This document shows positions 42,443-52,244 of a DNA stretch of 64,000 nucleotides, one piece after another (position 1 is the first letter of the stretch; each line of letters opens with the position of its first letter). The DNA comes from an uncultured delta proteobacterium (GTDB taxonomy: Bacteria > Myxococcota > Myxococcia > Myxococcales > Myxococcaceae). The stretch covers positions 64,001 to 128,000 of the forward strand of contig CAVYSY010000024.1 of the NCBI GenBank assembly GCA_963771175.1. The letters are read 5' to 3'. Below the pieces are notes generated by a model, which was given only the letters and a program-made list of their open reading frames with translations, had not been told where the DNA came from and did not search any database. The position numbers and the translations under genes were made by a program.

Positions 42443-42535
42443 GGAGGAAGCGGTCCCTACCATCGGCTACTGTCTTCGGAAAGTCGAGCAGCCCGGGTGT
42501 CGGGCACCCGAGGAATCGCGCGGTCCGGAGGGGTC

Positions 42536-42943
42536 ATGCGACCAATCAGCGTGACGACGGCGGTGTGCATCTCCCTGTTGTCCGCGGCGTGCGCCGTGGG
42601 GTGCTGGTACCGCGCCGAGGGGCTGCGCTCGGAGGCGGACTGGCTGCTGGAGCGGAGCAGGGCCCAGGCGAGCGAGTACGCGCACAGCCTCAAGGACACC
42701 CTGGCCACCCAGGAGCTGGAGACGTTCGCGAAGCGCCGGGCGGTGCTGGAGCGGGCGCACGTGTGGCAGCGCGGGCAGACGCTGGGAATCCTGGTGGCGG
42801 TGCTGGCGGCGGCGAGCGCGTGGGTGCTGCGCGTGTGGCGTCGGCTGAACGGGGAGCTGGACGAGGCCGCCGAGGGGCTGGAGTCGCCCCAGGCCGGCGA
42901 GCCGGTGTCCGTGCGTGCGGCCATCCGGCCCTCGCGCACCTAG
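42536..42943 (+). CDS. Hypothetical two-TM membrane protein
   Basis: GGAGG Shine-Dalgarno; two hydrophobic segments flanking a helical loop. Confidence 0.65.
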   Translation: MRPISVTTAVCISLLSAACAVGCWYRAEGLRSEADWLLERSRAQASEYAHSLKDTLATQELETFAKRRAVLERAHVWQRGQTLGILVAVLAAASAWVLRVWRRLNGELDEAAEGLESPQAGEPVSVRAAIRPSRT

Positions 42944-43005
42944 AGGACTCGCGACGTCGGGAGCGCGCTGGTAAGACTGCCCCACCCTTGAGCGAGAGGT
43001 GGAGC

Positions 43006-43293
43006 ATGCCGGGCTGCGCGCACTGCGGAGGCAAACTCGACATCGTGGGCAACCAGGTGGGGCGCCGGGACACCTGCCCCCACTGCGGCGAGGAGCTGCG
43101 CTCGTGCCGCAACTGCCGCCACTTCGACGAGACGGTGGCCAAGCAGTGCAAGGAGCCCTTCGCGGAGGTGCCCTCGGACAAGGACGGGGCCAACTTCTGT
43201 GACCTCTTCCAGATCAGCGAGGGTGGCCTGAATGCGAAGCAGGCCAAGGACGACCTGCTGTCCGCCGCGGAGGCGCTGTTCAGCAAGAAGTAG
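43006..43293 (+). CDS. Small Cys-rich putative metal-binding protein
   Basis: CAHC...CPHC...CRNC...C...FCDLF; GGAG Shine-Dalgarno. Confidence 0.75.
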   Translation: MPGCAHCGGKLDIVGNQVGRRDTCPHCGEELRSCRNCRHFDETVAKQCKEPFAEVPSDKDGANFCDLFQISEGGLNAKQAKDDLLSAAEALFSKK

Positions 43294-43341
43294 CGGCAGA
43301 GCTGATGAGCCAGGGCCACATCCCGGCCTGACCTGACCGCA

Positions 43342-43497
43342 CTAGGTGGACGGGACGGAGGAGGACTGCCGATTCTGGTAGAGGCGGTAGGCCCCCCAAC
43401 CGGCGGCGGCGATCGCGGCCACCTTCGTCAACCCCTTGAGTCCCTTCCAGCCGACGTAGCCCTTGACTGCCTTCTTCCCGATGCGACGGTAATTCAT
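43342..43497 (-). CDS. Small cationic Gly-rich peptide (51 aa)
   Basis: AAGGAG Shine-Dalgarno; MNYRRIGKKAVKGYVGWKGLKGLTKVAAIAAAGWGAYRLY. Confidence 0.6.
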   Translation of the reverse strand: MNYRRIGKKAVKGYVGWKGLKGLTKVAAIAAAGWGAYRLYQNRQSSSVPST

Positions 43498-43747
43498 CGC
43501 GTGCTCCTTCCGCTGCGGTTCCACTCGGCAAGATGGGATTGGGGACACCCAGGCGCTGCCTATTCAACTGACGTTCGCATGCCTTCCTGCCTGGAGGGCG
43601 CAACTGCCGCCACTCCCCCTGCCCGCGACGCCCCTCGTGGCACCGCGTAGAATAGGGGAGCCGCTGGCTGGACATGCCACGGGGGGAGTCCTCCCTTTCC
43701 TGGGGGACTGATGCAGCAGAGCCGGTGACGGAACTGAACACCGACTC

Positions 43748-46029
43748 ATGACGTCTGCTGCCTCCTCCGGACCCCGTACCTCGCTCGCCCGCTCGACGCT
43801 CCTCGACATGGGCGTCCGCATCGCGCTGGTCATCGTCCTGACCACGGTCGTCAGCTACTTCCACATCCTCCGCTCCATGCGCGGCGAGAGCCTCATGCAG
43901 CTCGATGCGGTATGTCTCGGAGCGGAGCCAGCGCGAGCAGGCCATCTTCGTCCTGGCGCAGGACAACCACGCCCTTCTCAAGAAGGCCCTGGAGGAGCGG
44001 ATCCGGGCCTGGCGCCAGACGGACCCCGATGCCCGCTTCGACAGCCTGTTCGCCCGGCTCCCGGATGGATCCATCCGCGACCGCCCCCAGGGCTCCGATG
44101 GGACGGGACTGCCCTGTGCCTTCGTCACCCGGAGCGTGACGGAGGACCCCGACTTCCGCCGCCGGCTGCTGGCAGCCCATGAGGTGGTGGCCCAGTACGG
44201 GCCCGCGCTCCGCGCCCGCTTCATGGACACCTACGTCATCCTGCCGGAGGGCGCCGAGACGGTGTACTGGCCGGAGGACCCGACCTGGTGTCAGGACGCC
44301 AGTGCCGACTTTCCGCTCGTCACCTTTGACTTCTTCACCCTCAGCCAGCCCGAGCGACAACCCTCGGCGGCAGACAGCCTGGACGGGCATCTTCGAGGAT
44401 GTGCCCTCGAAACGGTGGATGGTCTCGGTCATCACCCCGCTGGACATGGACGGTCGCCATGTCGCGACGGTGGGTCATGACGTGCTGCTCGACGAGCTGA
44501 TGGCGCGCACCGTCAATGAGTCACCTGCCCGGCGCGTACAACCTCCTCTTCCGCGACGATGGACAGCTCATCGCCCACCCCGAGCTGAAGATGGAGAGTG
44601 GCGGGGCCGTCCACAACATCCTGGATGCGGAAGCGAGGTCCGCCGGCTCCGAGGCAGCAGCGGGCCCACCTGCGAGCCATCTTCGAGCGGGTCCGCGACC
44701 GCGAGCCCGAGCAGACGGTGCTGGAGCTGCCGGAGTATGGCGAGTACCTCGCCGTGGGACGGCTGGAGGGGCCTGGTTGGAACTTCATCACGGTCCTGCC
44801 CGAGCGTGTGGTGTCCTCGGCGGCCTTCCAGGCGGCGCGCTACGTGCTGCTCTTCGGAGTGGCGTCGCTGCTGGTGGAGCTGGTCATCATGTACTGGGTG
44901 CTCCGGCGGCACATCACCCGCCCGCTGCTGACCTTCTCCGGGGCGGCCACCCAGGTAGCGGCCGGGGACTTCCAGGTGTCGCTGGAGATGAAGCGTGACG
45001 ACGAGCTGGGGCAGCTCGCCCGGGTCTTCCAGCAGATGGCCCATGAGGTCCAGCGACGCGAGGGGCGCTGCGGACAGGCCAACGAGGGACTGGAGCACCG
45101 GGTGGAGGAACGCACCCGGGAACTGAAGGAAGTCCACGAGCGGCTGGTGGAGACCGCGCGTCGGGCGGGCATGGCGGAGGTGGCCACCAACGTGCTGCAC
45201 AACGTGGGCAACGTGCTCAACAGCGTCAACACCTCGGCGCTCGTGGCCAGGGAGCGGCTGGAGGGGTTGAAGCTCGATCAGGTGGGCCGGGTGGCGGGCC
45301 TGCTCGAGGAGAACCAGACCGACCTGGGCCGCTTCCTCGTCCAGGACGAGCGGGGGCGCAACGTGGTGCCCTTCCTGAGCCGACTGGGACAGCACATGCG
45401 AGCTGGGCAGCAGGAGCTGCCTCACGCTGCTCGAGGACGTCAGCCGGTACACCGACCACATCGCGGCCATCATCCGGTTGCAGCAACGTTACGCCAGGAC
45501 ACCGCAGCACCAGGAGGCGGTCTCCCTCTCCGAGTTGGTGGAGGATGCCCTGCGCATCAACTCGGCCGGGCTCACCCGCCACGCGGTGAAGGTGGAGCGG
45601 GACCTGGCGTCCCTCGCGCCGACGATGACCGACAAGCACAAGGTGCTGATGATCCTGGTCAACCTGATCAGCAATGCCAAGAACGCCATGGACGCCGTGC
45701 CCGAGGAGCAGCGGCGGCTGCTCGTGAAGCTGGTGCAGGCCAGCGACGACCGCGTGCGATTCGAGGTGCGCGACAACGGCGTGGGCATCCCACCGGAGCT
45801 GCTCACGCGCATCTTCCAGTACGGCTTCACCACCCGGGAGGACGGGCACGGCTTCGGCCTGCACTCCAGCGCGCTGGCGGCCCAGGAGCTGGGCGGCTCG
45901 CTCCAAGCCCACAGCGAAGGGCCGGAACGTGGGGCCACCTTCACGCTGGAGCTGCCCTACCACCCGGATGGGGAGCAACAGGAGCCAGCGGACGCTCCCG
46001 GGCAACGCGCTGAAACGCGCCGGCCGTGA
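43748..46029 (+). CDS. Sensor histidine kinase paralog 1 (Cache-like sensor, HAMP, HisKA, HATPase); several apparent frameshifts
   Basis: LARSTLL N-terminus, HAMP DELGQLA, H-box EVATNVLHNVGN, NLISNA, DNGVGI, FTTREDGHGFGL. Confidence 0.87.
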
Positions 46030-46053
46030 GACGCCACGGCCGGCGCGGGTGCG

Positions 46054-46557
46054 TCACTGGCGGTTCTGCATCCGCTGGCGCATGGCTTCGTGCCGGCGCT
46101 GGTGCTCCTCACGCTCCTGAGTGATGAGTTCCCGGCCGCGCGCCTTTTGCGTGTCGCTCAGAAGCTTCTCCGCCTCCTGGTAGGCCGCGTCGTCGTTGGC
46201 TCGCAGCTCGGTGACGATGGGCTCGATTTGCTGCATCCGCTCGCGCATCGCCTCGGAGTTGGGCGGCGGCCCGTTCATCCTTTCCGTGTCGCTGGGAGGT
46301 GGCCCCGACGGGCGCGGCGGACGCAGTGTCTTCAGCTCCTCCAGGAGCGGTGCGTTCTTCTGATCCAGCGCCGCCTGCAGCTCTTCCAGCAGGGCTACCT
46401 GCTCGGCAGTCAGGGCCAGTTCCTGCTGGTTCTTCAGCAGCAGTTCCAGCGACGAGGGCGGCTTGCCCTGGGCTCCCCCGGGTCCTCGTGGGCCCTGCGC
46501 GCCCGCCAGCAGCGGGACGGCCAGTACCAGTACGAGTGGCATCATCTTGAGAAACAT
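46054..46557 (-). CDS. Secreted Spy/CpxP-like helical protein
   Basis: Signal peptide, ELALTAEQ and LLSDTQ LTxxQ-like motifs, Met/Arg-rich tail. Confidence 0.6.
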   Translation of the reverse strand: MFLKMMPLVLVLAVPLLAGAQGPRGPGGAQGKPPSSLELLLKNQQELALTAEQVALLEELQAALDQKNAPLLEELKTLRPPRPSGPPPSDTERMNGPPPNSEAMRERMQQIEPIVTELRANDDAAYQEAEKLLSDTQKARGRELITQEREEHQRRHEAMRQRMQNRQ

Positions 46558-46825
46558 GTTCTTCCTCCTGTTTGCCTGTTTGCGTCCCGATCGGGCCTGC
46601 CTTCCAGCGTCTGCCTTGCAGGCTCCCTGACGCGTCAGGGTTCAATATGTCCGCTCCCCATTTCCCGTGGATGACACCCGTATTTTGATATGTTTTGGAG
46701 CCCCCGCGACGAGACCAGCGCCCCCCCTCTTGCGGCTCTCGCCTCCCCGCCCGAGAGGACCGGGTCGCAATCTTTCGTCATGAAAGGGCAATGGGCGCGA
46801 AAGAAGTCGGGTGTGTCCTGTCGGG

Positions 46826-48145
46826 ATGGAACTCCAGGTCAAGAAGGGCCATGTGGAAGTCAGGCGGTATTCCCTCCGGGAGCGTCTGCTGGGAGCCTTC
46901 ATCGCGCTGGGACTGTTCTACTTCACGGGCTGTGGCACTTCCCGTGAGGCGACCCTCCCACCGGGCTCGACGCTGACCCAGGACACGTCGGCGCTGTCGG
47001 TTCCAGAGCGGGTCTGCTCGGACGCGGCGAACTGCCGTGAGGCCCTGCGGGAGTTGCGCGAGGTCACTCCCGAGTCCTCCTGCGCGCTGCGCGAGCGGCT
47101 CGGGGTCGCCCGGAGTGCTTGTCTCCTGGGCGTCGCCGAGGGTTGCACCGAGCTCGGCCGGGCGGAGCTGTGGAGGGCCGAAGCCGGGGATGGGGCCGCG
47201 CTCCACACCGCGCGAGCCCTGTTCCAGCGGGCCTGTGAGCAGGGGGATGGGGAGGGGTGCGCTCGCCATGCCCTGATGACGCTCCTGGGCCAGGGGGTTG
47301 CTCGGGACGAGGCCGCGGGCCTGGCCGAGCTCCAGGACGCCTGTGACAAGTCCCCGGAGGTAGCGTGTGGACTCGGGGCCAGCGGGCTCGGCGAGGATGC
47401 ACGTCGGCGCGAGGTCTCCCCGGAGCACGAGGTGATCGCCCTGTATGCGCAGCGAGGCTGCGACGCGGGAGACGGGCTCTCCTGCCGGGTTCTCGGGGAC
47501 GCCTTCCGCGAGGGGCACGGCGTTTCCCAGGATCTCGACAAGGCCATCGGGCTCTATCAGCGCGCGTGTGAGGCGGGGAATGGCACGGCGTGCGCGAGGG
47601 AGGGCGTGCTCTCGCTCCAGTTCCAGGGCTTACCCGGGGCTCCGCGCGCCGATGACCTCTTCTCCCGAGGGTGCGAGCTCGGCTCCTCCGAGGCCTGCCG
47701 GATGCGCGTCCTGATGACCCTCCAGCAGCACGGGGGCGAGGAGGACGAGGCAGCGAGGCAAGCACTCTTTCGTCAGGCGTGCGACCGGGGCGCGGCGGTG
47801 GGCTGTCTCGCCCTCTATGACGTGCTCCGGCACAAGCTGCCCGAGCCCGGGGTCGCCCTCCAGCTGCCGGGTCTCCTGAAGCGCGCCTGCCAGTTCGGAG
47901 AGACCCAGTCCTGCGAGTTCCTGGAGGCGCTCTCCCGTGTGTCCCAGGAGAAGTGCGAGGCGGGCTCCGCTTCCGCCTGTGGTGTGCTCGGAGGGCTGCT
48001 GGTCAGTACGCCCGCCCTGGAGTTCGAGGCCGTCGAGGGAATGCAGCTCCTCCATCGCGCCTGTGGGGCGGGCGATGCGGCAAGCTGCGAACTGCTGCGC
48101 GACGCGACACCCCGCTCGGACGAGCGGACGTGTCGCTCGCCCTGA
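46826..48145 (+). CDS. Sel1/Hcp-like Cys-rich repeat lipoprotein
   Basis: Lipobox FTGC; repeated (R/Q)ACxxGxxxxC helices; start codon uncertain. Confidence 0.75.
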   Translation: MELQVKKGHVEVRRYSLRERLLGAFIALGLFYFTGCGTSREATLPPGSTLTQDTSALSVPERVCSDAANCREALRELREVTPESSCALRERLGVARSACLLGVAEGCTELGRAELWRAEAGDGAALHTARALFQRACEQGDGEGCARHALMTLLGQGVARDEAAGLAELQDACDKSPEVACGLGASGLGEDARRREVSPEHEVIALYAQRGCDAGDGLSCRVLGDAFREGHGVSQDLDKAIGLYQRACEAGNGTACAREGVLSLQFQGLPGAPRADDLFSRGCELGSSEACRMRVLMTLQQHGGEEDEAARQALFRQACDRGAAVGCLALYDVLRHKLPEPGVALQLPGLLKRACQFGETQSCEFLEALSRVSQEKCEAGSASACGVLGGLLVSTPALEFEAVEGMQLLHRACGAGDAASCELLRDATPRSDERTCRSP

Positions 48146-48178
48146 GTGGGGCCTCGGGGCGCCTCACTGCTGCGAGCG

Positions 48179-48271
48179 TGCGTGCACCAGACCATGTGGA
48201 ACACTGATTCCGGAGCATGTGGAACGCCCATTCCGGCCAGTGGAACACTGATTCCGAGCAAGTGGAACGCA
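48179..48271 (+). mobile_element. Orphan IS21-family-like terminal region (four 21-23-bp direct repeats), no transposase
   Basis: GTGGAAC at 48196, 48219, 48240 and 48262, the first three followed by xCxxATTCCG; begins with TGCG. Confidence 0.55.
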
Positions 48272-48541
48272 CCCTGAAAGTAGGGAGCCCGGGAAGGTGT
48301 CAAAGGATTCGTTCCGGCTCCCGGCCGAGTGAGCCATGCGGAGGTACGGACACGAGGGGATACCCAAGAGACCGCGCCTCAACTGCCTCGCCCTCCTCTG
48401 GACCGCCCCCGTGGGCCAGCCACATCGCGGGGAGGAGATTGCCCTCGTGCCTTGTTACTCTCCGAACGACGCGGCCAGTTATGGCCCGCCTGGATACGCC
48501 GCGAACCCCGGTTCATCGCGCGCACTCGTTGGGAGGGAGTC

Positions 48542-49072
48542 TTGCCGCAGACGGATGAGACGGGGTTCTTCGCCTGGGTCACACGCCTCGTGCGGGAGCA
48601 TCGGTCGGAGTTGGCCGCCGTCGCGCGGAAGGAAGGGTTGCTCGCCGAGGAGGCATTCGACGCCGTCCAGGAAGCGTTCACCACCTTCCTGAGGCTCCCG
48701 CATTCGCGGCGTCTTGCGAACGAGGTCGAAGACAGCCGCAACCTGCTGGCCGTTCTCGTCCGGAATCACTCGCGCAACCGCCGTCGTCGCCACGACCGGG
48801 CGCGGCCGCACCTCACCGAGCCCGAGGTCGTCGAGAGCCTGGTGGACGTTCAGGAGAGCGTGGAGTCCCTGATCAGCCAGGCCGAAGCGCATGTCCTGGC
48901 CTTCCAGTGTGTGGAGCTGCTCGGGGAGGTTCAGCGGAAGGTCGTGACGCTTCGGCTACTCGAGGAGCAGCCAGGCGAGAGGGTGGCCGAGCTGCTCGGC
49001 ACGACACCTGGGAACGTCGCGGTGATCCTCCACCGCGCGAAGCGCGAGCTGCGCGCATGCATGGACGCCTGA
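48542..49072 (+). CDS. ECF RNA polymerase sigma factor
   Basis: Region 2 AEEAFDAVQEAF, region 4 VAELLGTTPGNVAVILHRAKRELR; GGAGGGAG upstream of a TTG start. Confidence 0.85.
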   Translation: MPQTDETGFFAWVTRLVREHRSELAAVARKEGLLAEEAFDAVQEAFTTFLRLPHSRRLANEVEDSRNLLAVLVRNHSRNRRRRHDRARPHLTEPEVVESLVDVQESVESLISQAEAHVLAFQCVELLGEVQRKVVTLRLLEEQPGERVAELLGTTPGNVAVILHRAKRELRACMDA

Positions 49073-49089
49073 GCCGCCAGCGTACGGCA

Positions 49090-49701
49090 TCAACTGGCGC
49101 CGAGTGTCGCGGGCGCACCGCTCCGAACACGTGAGGTGCGCGCCAGATAGGTCCGCGCCGAGTCGGCCATGGTGACGATCGCCGCGCCGAGCATGATCGC
49201 ATCCTTGATGACCAGCCTGCCCCGGCCGCTCAGATAAGGAAATCCGTGGTGAGCGTCTCCGAGATTGGCGACCCAGCTCTCGGGTGTCGTCACGAGGAAG
49301 GACAGCGTGACGAAGGACATCCCGAGCACGAGGAAGCTTCCCAGCGCACCGAACTCCGGCCGCCACCAATGCGCCGCGACGAGTAATCCCAGCAACACGA
49401 TGACGCTGCCGAGCAGATACGAGAACCAGTACGTCCCATTCGCCTGGTGCCACGCGCGGTTGGCTGGAATGAGCTCGCCCTCCCGGTTCTGGTGCTGCCG
49501 GTAGTCGGGCGCGTCGTAGGCATAGAAGAAGCTCATCACCGGGCTGTTCGCCACGAAGGGAACGATGCCGTCGGCTTCGTAGGGGGTCACCTTCAGTGCG
49601 CCGATCCAGACCAGGACAACGATCAGGCCGGCGCGCAGCACGTTCATGCCGAGTTTCTCCGCGCCGGCAGCGGCGCGGAACAGAGAATCCAAGCTGGACA
49701 A
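49090..49701 (-). CDS. YkgB/RclC (DUF417) inner membrane protein
   Basis: WIGALKVTPYEADGIVPFVANSP, TLSFLVTTPE, GFPYLSGRGRLVIKD; AGGAG upstream of TTG at 49701. Confidence 0.85.
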   Translation of the reverse strand: MSSLDSLFRAAAGAEKLGMNVLRAGLIVVLVWIGALKVTPYEADGIVPFVANSPVMSFFYAYDAPDYRQHQNREGELIPANRAWHQANGTYWFSYLLGSVIVLLGLLVAAHWWRPEFGALGSFLVLGMSFVTLSFLVTTPESWVANLGDAHHGFPYLSGRGRLVIKDAIMLGAAIVTMADSARTYLARTSRVRSGAPATLGAS

Positions 49702-49918
49702 GGGCAAACTCCTGCGATCGGGGATGAACGGAGGGCCCCGAATTGGGCCCCCACACACCGATCTGGCCACCGGTCAGGTTCCGACGGGCCCTTGCATTAC
49801 AAATGAAGTAGATCCAGCAGAGCCGCTGAGCGGCCCAGCGCTCGGGCGTGCAGCGGCCGAGGAAGCGAACCACCTGCCGCCCGATGCACGGGCCTACGCG
49901 GGCGCAATCCGGTTGTGA

Positions 49919-51058
49919 TTAGAAGCCAGACATCTTGGAGAGGATCTCCTTCATCACCTCCGAGGTGCCACCGCCGATGGTGATGAGCCGGATGTCGCGC
50001 CAGGCCCGAGCGATGTGCGTCTCCTCGATGTAACCCATGCCTCCGAAGAACTGCTGGACGTCGTAGGCCACCTTCTGCGCCAGGTCTCCCGCGAACAGCT
50101 TCGCCATGGAGATCTCCCGCACCGCGTTCTCCTTCGCGTTGAAGACGTCCACCGCGTGGTACGTCAGCCGCTTCGCCGCCTCGATGGCCGCCATGTGCTC
50201 CACCAGCTTGTGGCGCCACACCTGGAAGCCCAGCAGAGGCTTGCCGAACGCCTGCCGCTCCTTCCCGTACTGGAGCGCGTCTTCAATCATCCGCTCCATC
50301 CCGCCCACCGCCGACAGCGCTCCCACCAGGCGCTCGCCCTGGAAGTTCGTCATGATGTGGTAGAAGCCCTCGTTCTCCTCGCCCAGCACGTAGCGGCGCG
50401 GAATCCGGCAGTCCTCGAAGTAGAGAATCGCCGTGTCCGAGGACAGGTTGCCCACCTTGTCGAGCTTCTTCGACACCCCGAAGCCCTTCACGTCCGTGGG
50501 GAACGTCACCAGCGAGATGCCCCCGTACCCCGGCCCGCCCGTGCGCACCGCCAGCGTGATGAAGTCCGCCCGCGTGCCGTTCGTAATCCACATCTTCGAA
50601 CCGTTGATGACGTAGTCATCCCCATCCCGCCGCGCCGTCGTCTGGATGTTCGCCACGTCCGAGCCCGCCCCCGGCTCGCTCACGCCCAGCGCGGCGATCT
50701 TCTCGCCCGCCAGCGCCGGCGCGAGGAACTCGCGCTTCTGCTCGTCCGTGCCGATCTCGTTGATGATCGGCGTGGCCATCTGGCTCTGCACCAGCAGCGC
50801 CATGTTCACGCCCGCGTTCCGGCTGCGCGTCAGCTCCTCGGTGAACGCCGTCACGTACCAGTAGTCCAGCCCGCTGCCGCCGTACTCCGGAGCGTGGTTG
50901 ATGCCGAAGAAGCCCAGCTCGCCGCACTTCTCGAAGATCTCCCGCGGGAAGATGCCTGCTCGGTCCCACTCCAAGGCGTGCGGCGTGAGCTCCTTCTCCA
51001 CGAACGTACGCACCGTCTTGCGAAAGGCCTCATGCTCCTCGGTGAACGGGTTCAGCAT
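49919..51058 (-). CDS. Acyl-CoA dehydrogenase
   Basis: [36 protein letters not shown]. Confidence 0.95.
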   Translation of the reverse strand: MLNPFTEEHEAFRKTVRTFVEKELTPHALEWDRAGIFPREIFEKCGELGFFGINHAPEYGGSGLDYWYVTAFTEELTRSRNAGVNMALLVQSQMATPIINEIGTDEQKREFLAPALAGEKIAALGVSEPGAGSDVANIQTTARRDGDDYVINGSKMWITNGTRADFITLAVRTGGPGYGGISLVTFPTDVKGFGVSKKLDKVGNLSSDTAILYFEDCRIPRRYVLGEENEGFYHIMTNFQGERLVGALSAVGGMERMIEDALQYGKERQAFGKPLLGFQVWRHKLVEHMAAIEAAKRLTYHAVDVFNAKENAVREISMAKLFAGDLAQKVAYDVQQFFGGMGYIEETHIARAWRDIRLITIGGGTSEVMKEILSKMSGF

Positions 51059-51135
51059 GGTCGCTCTGGCTCCTCGGCGTGATTGATTGGGGAGTCAATA
51101 GTACAAGGGTCGTTCTCGCCGACAAGGACGACACC

Positions 51136-52230
51136 ATGGCTTCTGTCACCCTGGCGCTGATCGCGCTGCTCTCGGCCACTCCGCCCGCCCGCCCCTCGGC
51201 CGAGGAGATGCTCCGCGCACAGTGCCGCACCTGGGCCTCCGAGCCGAAGAACCCCTGGGCCCTCGCCCACGGCATCGCCCTGGAGGGCCGCGCCTTCAAG
51301 GCTCGCGATGGTCGCCCCGCCGCGGACGTCATCATCGCGGACTTCCTCCGCCGCGAGGGCACCGCTCCCCCCGTGGAGCTCCGCTTCGAGTCCTTCGCTC
51401 CCGATGGCACGCCCGTGGAGCCCCACCCCAACCTGCTGGTGAAGACGTTGCTGCTCTCGGGCCAACCGCTCTCGCGGAGCTTCCGTGCGAGCTGGGGTCC
51501 CGTCACCCTCGGCGCGCTCGTGGAGGACCTGAAGCGCGACTTCCGCCGGGACTCCGCCCTCTCGCCCCATGGCGCCTGGACGCTCGACGCCCTCTCCCAC
51601 GCACTGCCTCCCGGCGCCACCTTCACCAACGGCGCCGGAGAGACGATCCGCCTCGATGCGGTGATGGACGAGGCCCTCGCCCTGCTCGAGCGCGAGCAGG
51701 CGGAGTTGCTCGCCGGCATGAAGGCCGGACTGCCGCAGGTCCCCAAGCGCAAGCAGGGCATCTACACGCACCCCTGTGGTGGACTGCACCTCTTCCAGGC
51801 CGTCGCCACCCACGCGCGTCACGCCGCGGTGCGCAAGGCGTGGGGCCCGCGCCTGAGCACCCAGGTGGACGTCCTCGTCTATCGGCTGGGCTCCGAGTCC
51901 CGGCAGTACGACGCCGCCCTCACCTCCGCTCCGCCCTCCTATCGACTCCCCGTGCTCGTGCAGATGGTGAAGTTCTACGGGCACTTCCTCGAGGCGCTCG
52001 GGCGCTACCGCGAGGAGACGGGCTGGAAGCCCTCGCCCGAACAGGCCCGGGCGGTGGAACAGGCGCGCGGGCTGCTCGATGGCGCAGTGCGTCGTCTCGA
52101 TGCGTCAGGCGCATTCCGAGACATGGAGTCACTGAAGACGACGCAGTACCAGCTCTACCTGGACCTCATCGGAGACTCCTGCCACGCCGCCCACGGGCTC
52201 GGCTACTGGAGGAACCACCTCGGAGGTTGA
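51136..52230 (+). CDS. Secreted hypothetical protein with several His-containing motifs
   Basis: Signal-like N-terminus; WALAHG, PHPN, HPCGGLH, GHFLE, SCHAAHGL. Confidence 0.7.
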   Translation: MASVTLALIALLSATPPARPSAEEMLRAQCRTWASEPKNPWALAHGIALEGRAFKARDGRPAADVIIADFLRREGTAPPVELRFESFAPDGTPVEPHPNLLVKTLLLSGQPLSRSFRASWGPVTLGALVEDLKRDFRRDSALSPHGAWTLDALSHALPPGATFTNGAGETIRLDAVMDEALALLEREQAELLAGMKAGLPQVPKRKQGIYTHPCGGLHLFQAVATHARHAAVRKAWGPRLSTQVDVLVYRLGSESRQYDAALTSAPPSYRLPVLVQMVKFYGHFLEALGRYREETGWKPSPEQARAVEQARGLLDGAVRRLDASGAFRDMESLKTTQYQLYLDLIGDSCHAAHGLGYWRNHLGG

Positions 52231-52244
52231 TACAAACGTCAACC

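Noticed and set aside
48196..48271. Possible mini-CRISPR array
   Set aside because: Period is only 21-23 bp with no spacer-length unique sequence and no cas genes
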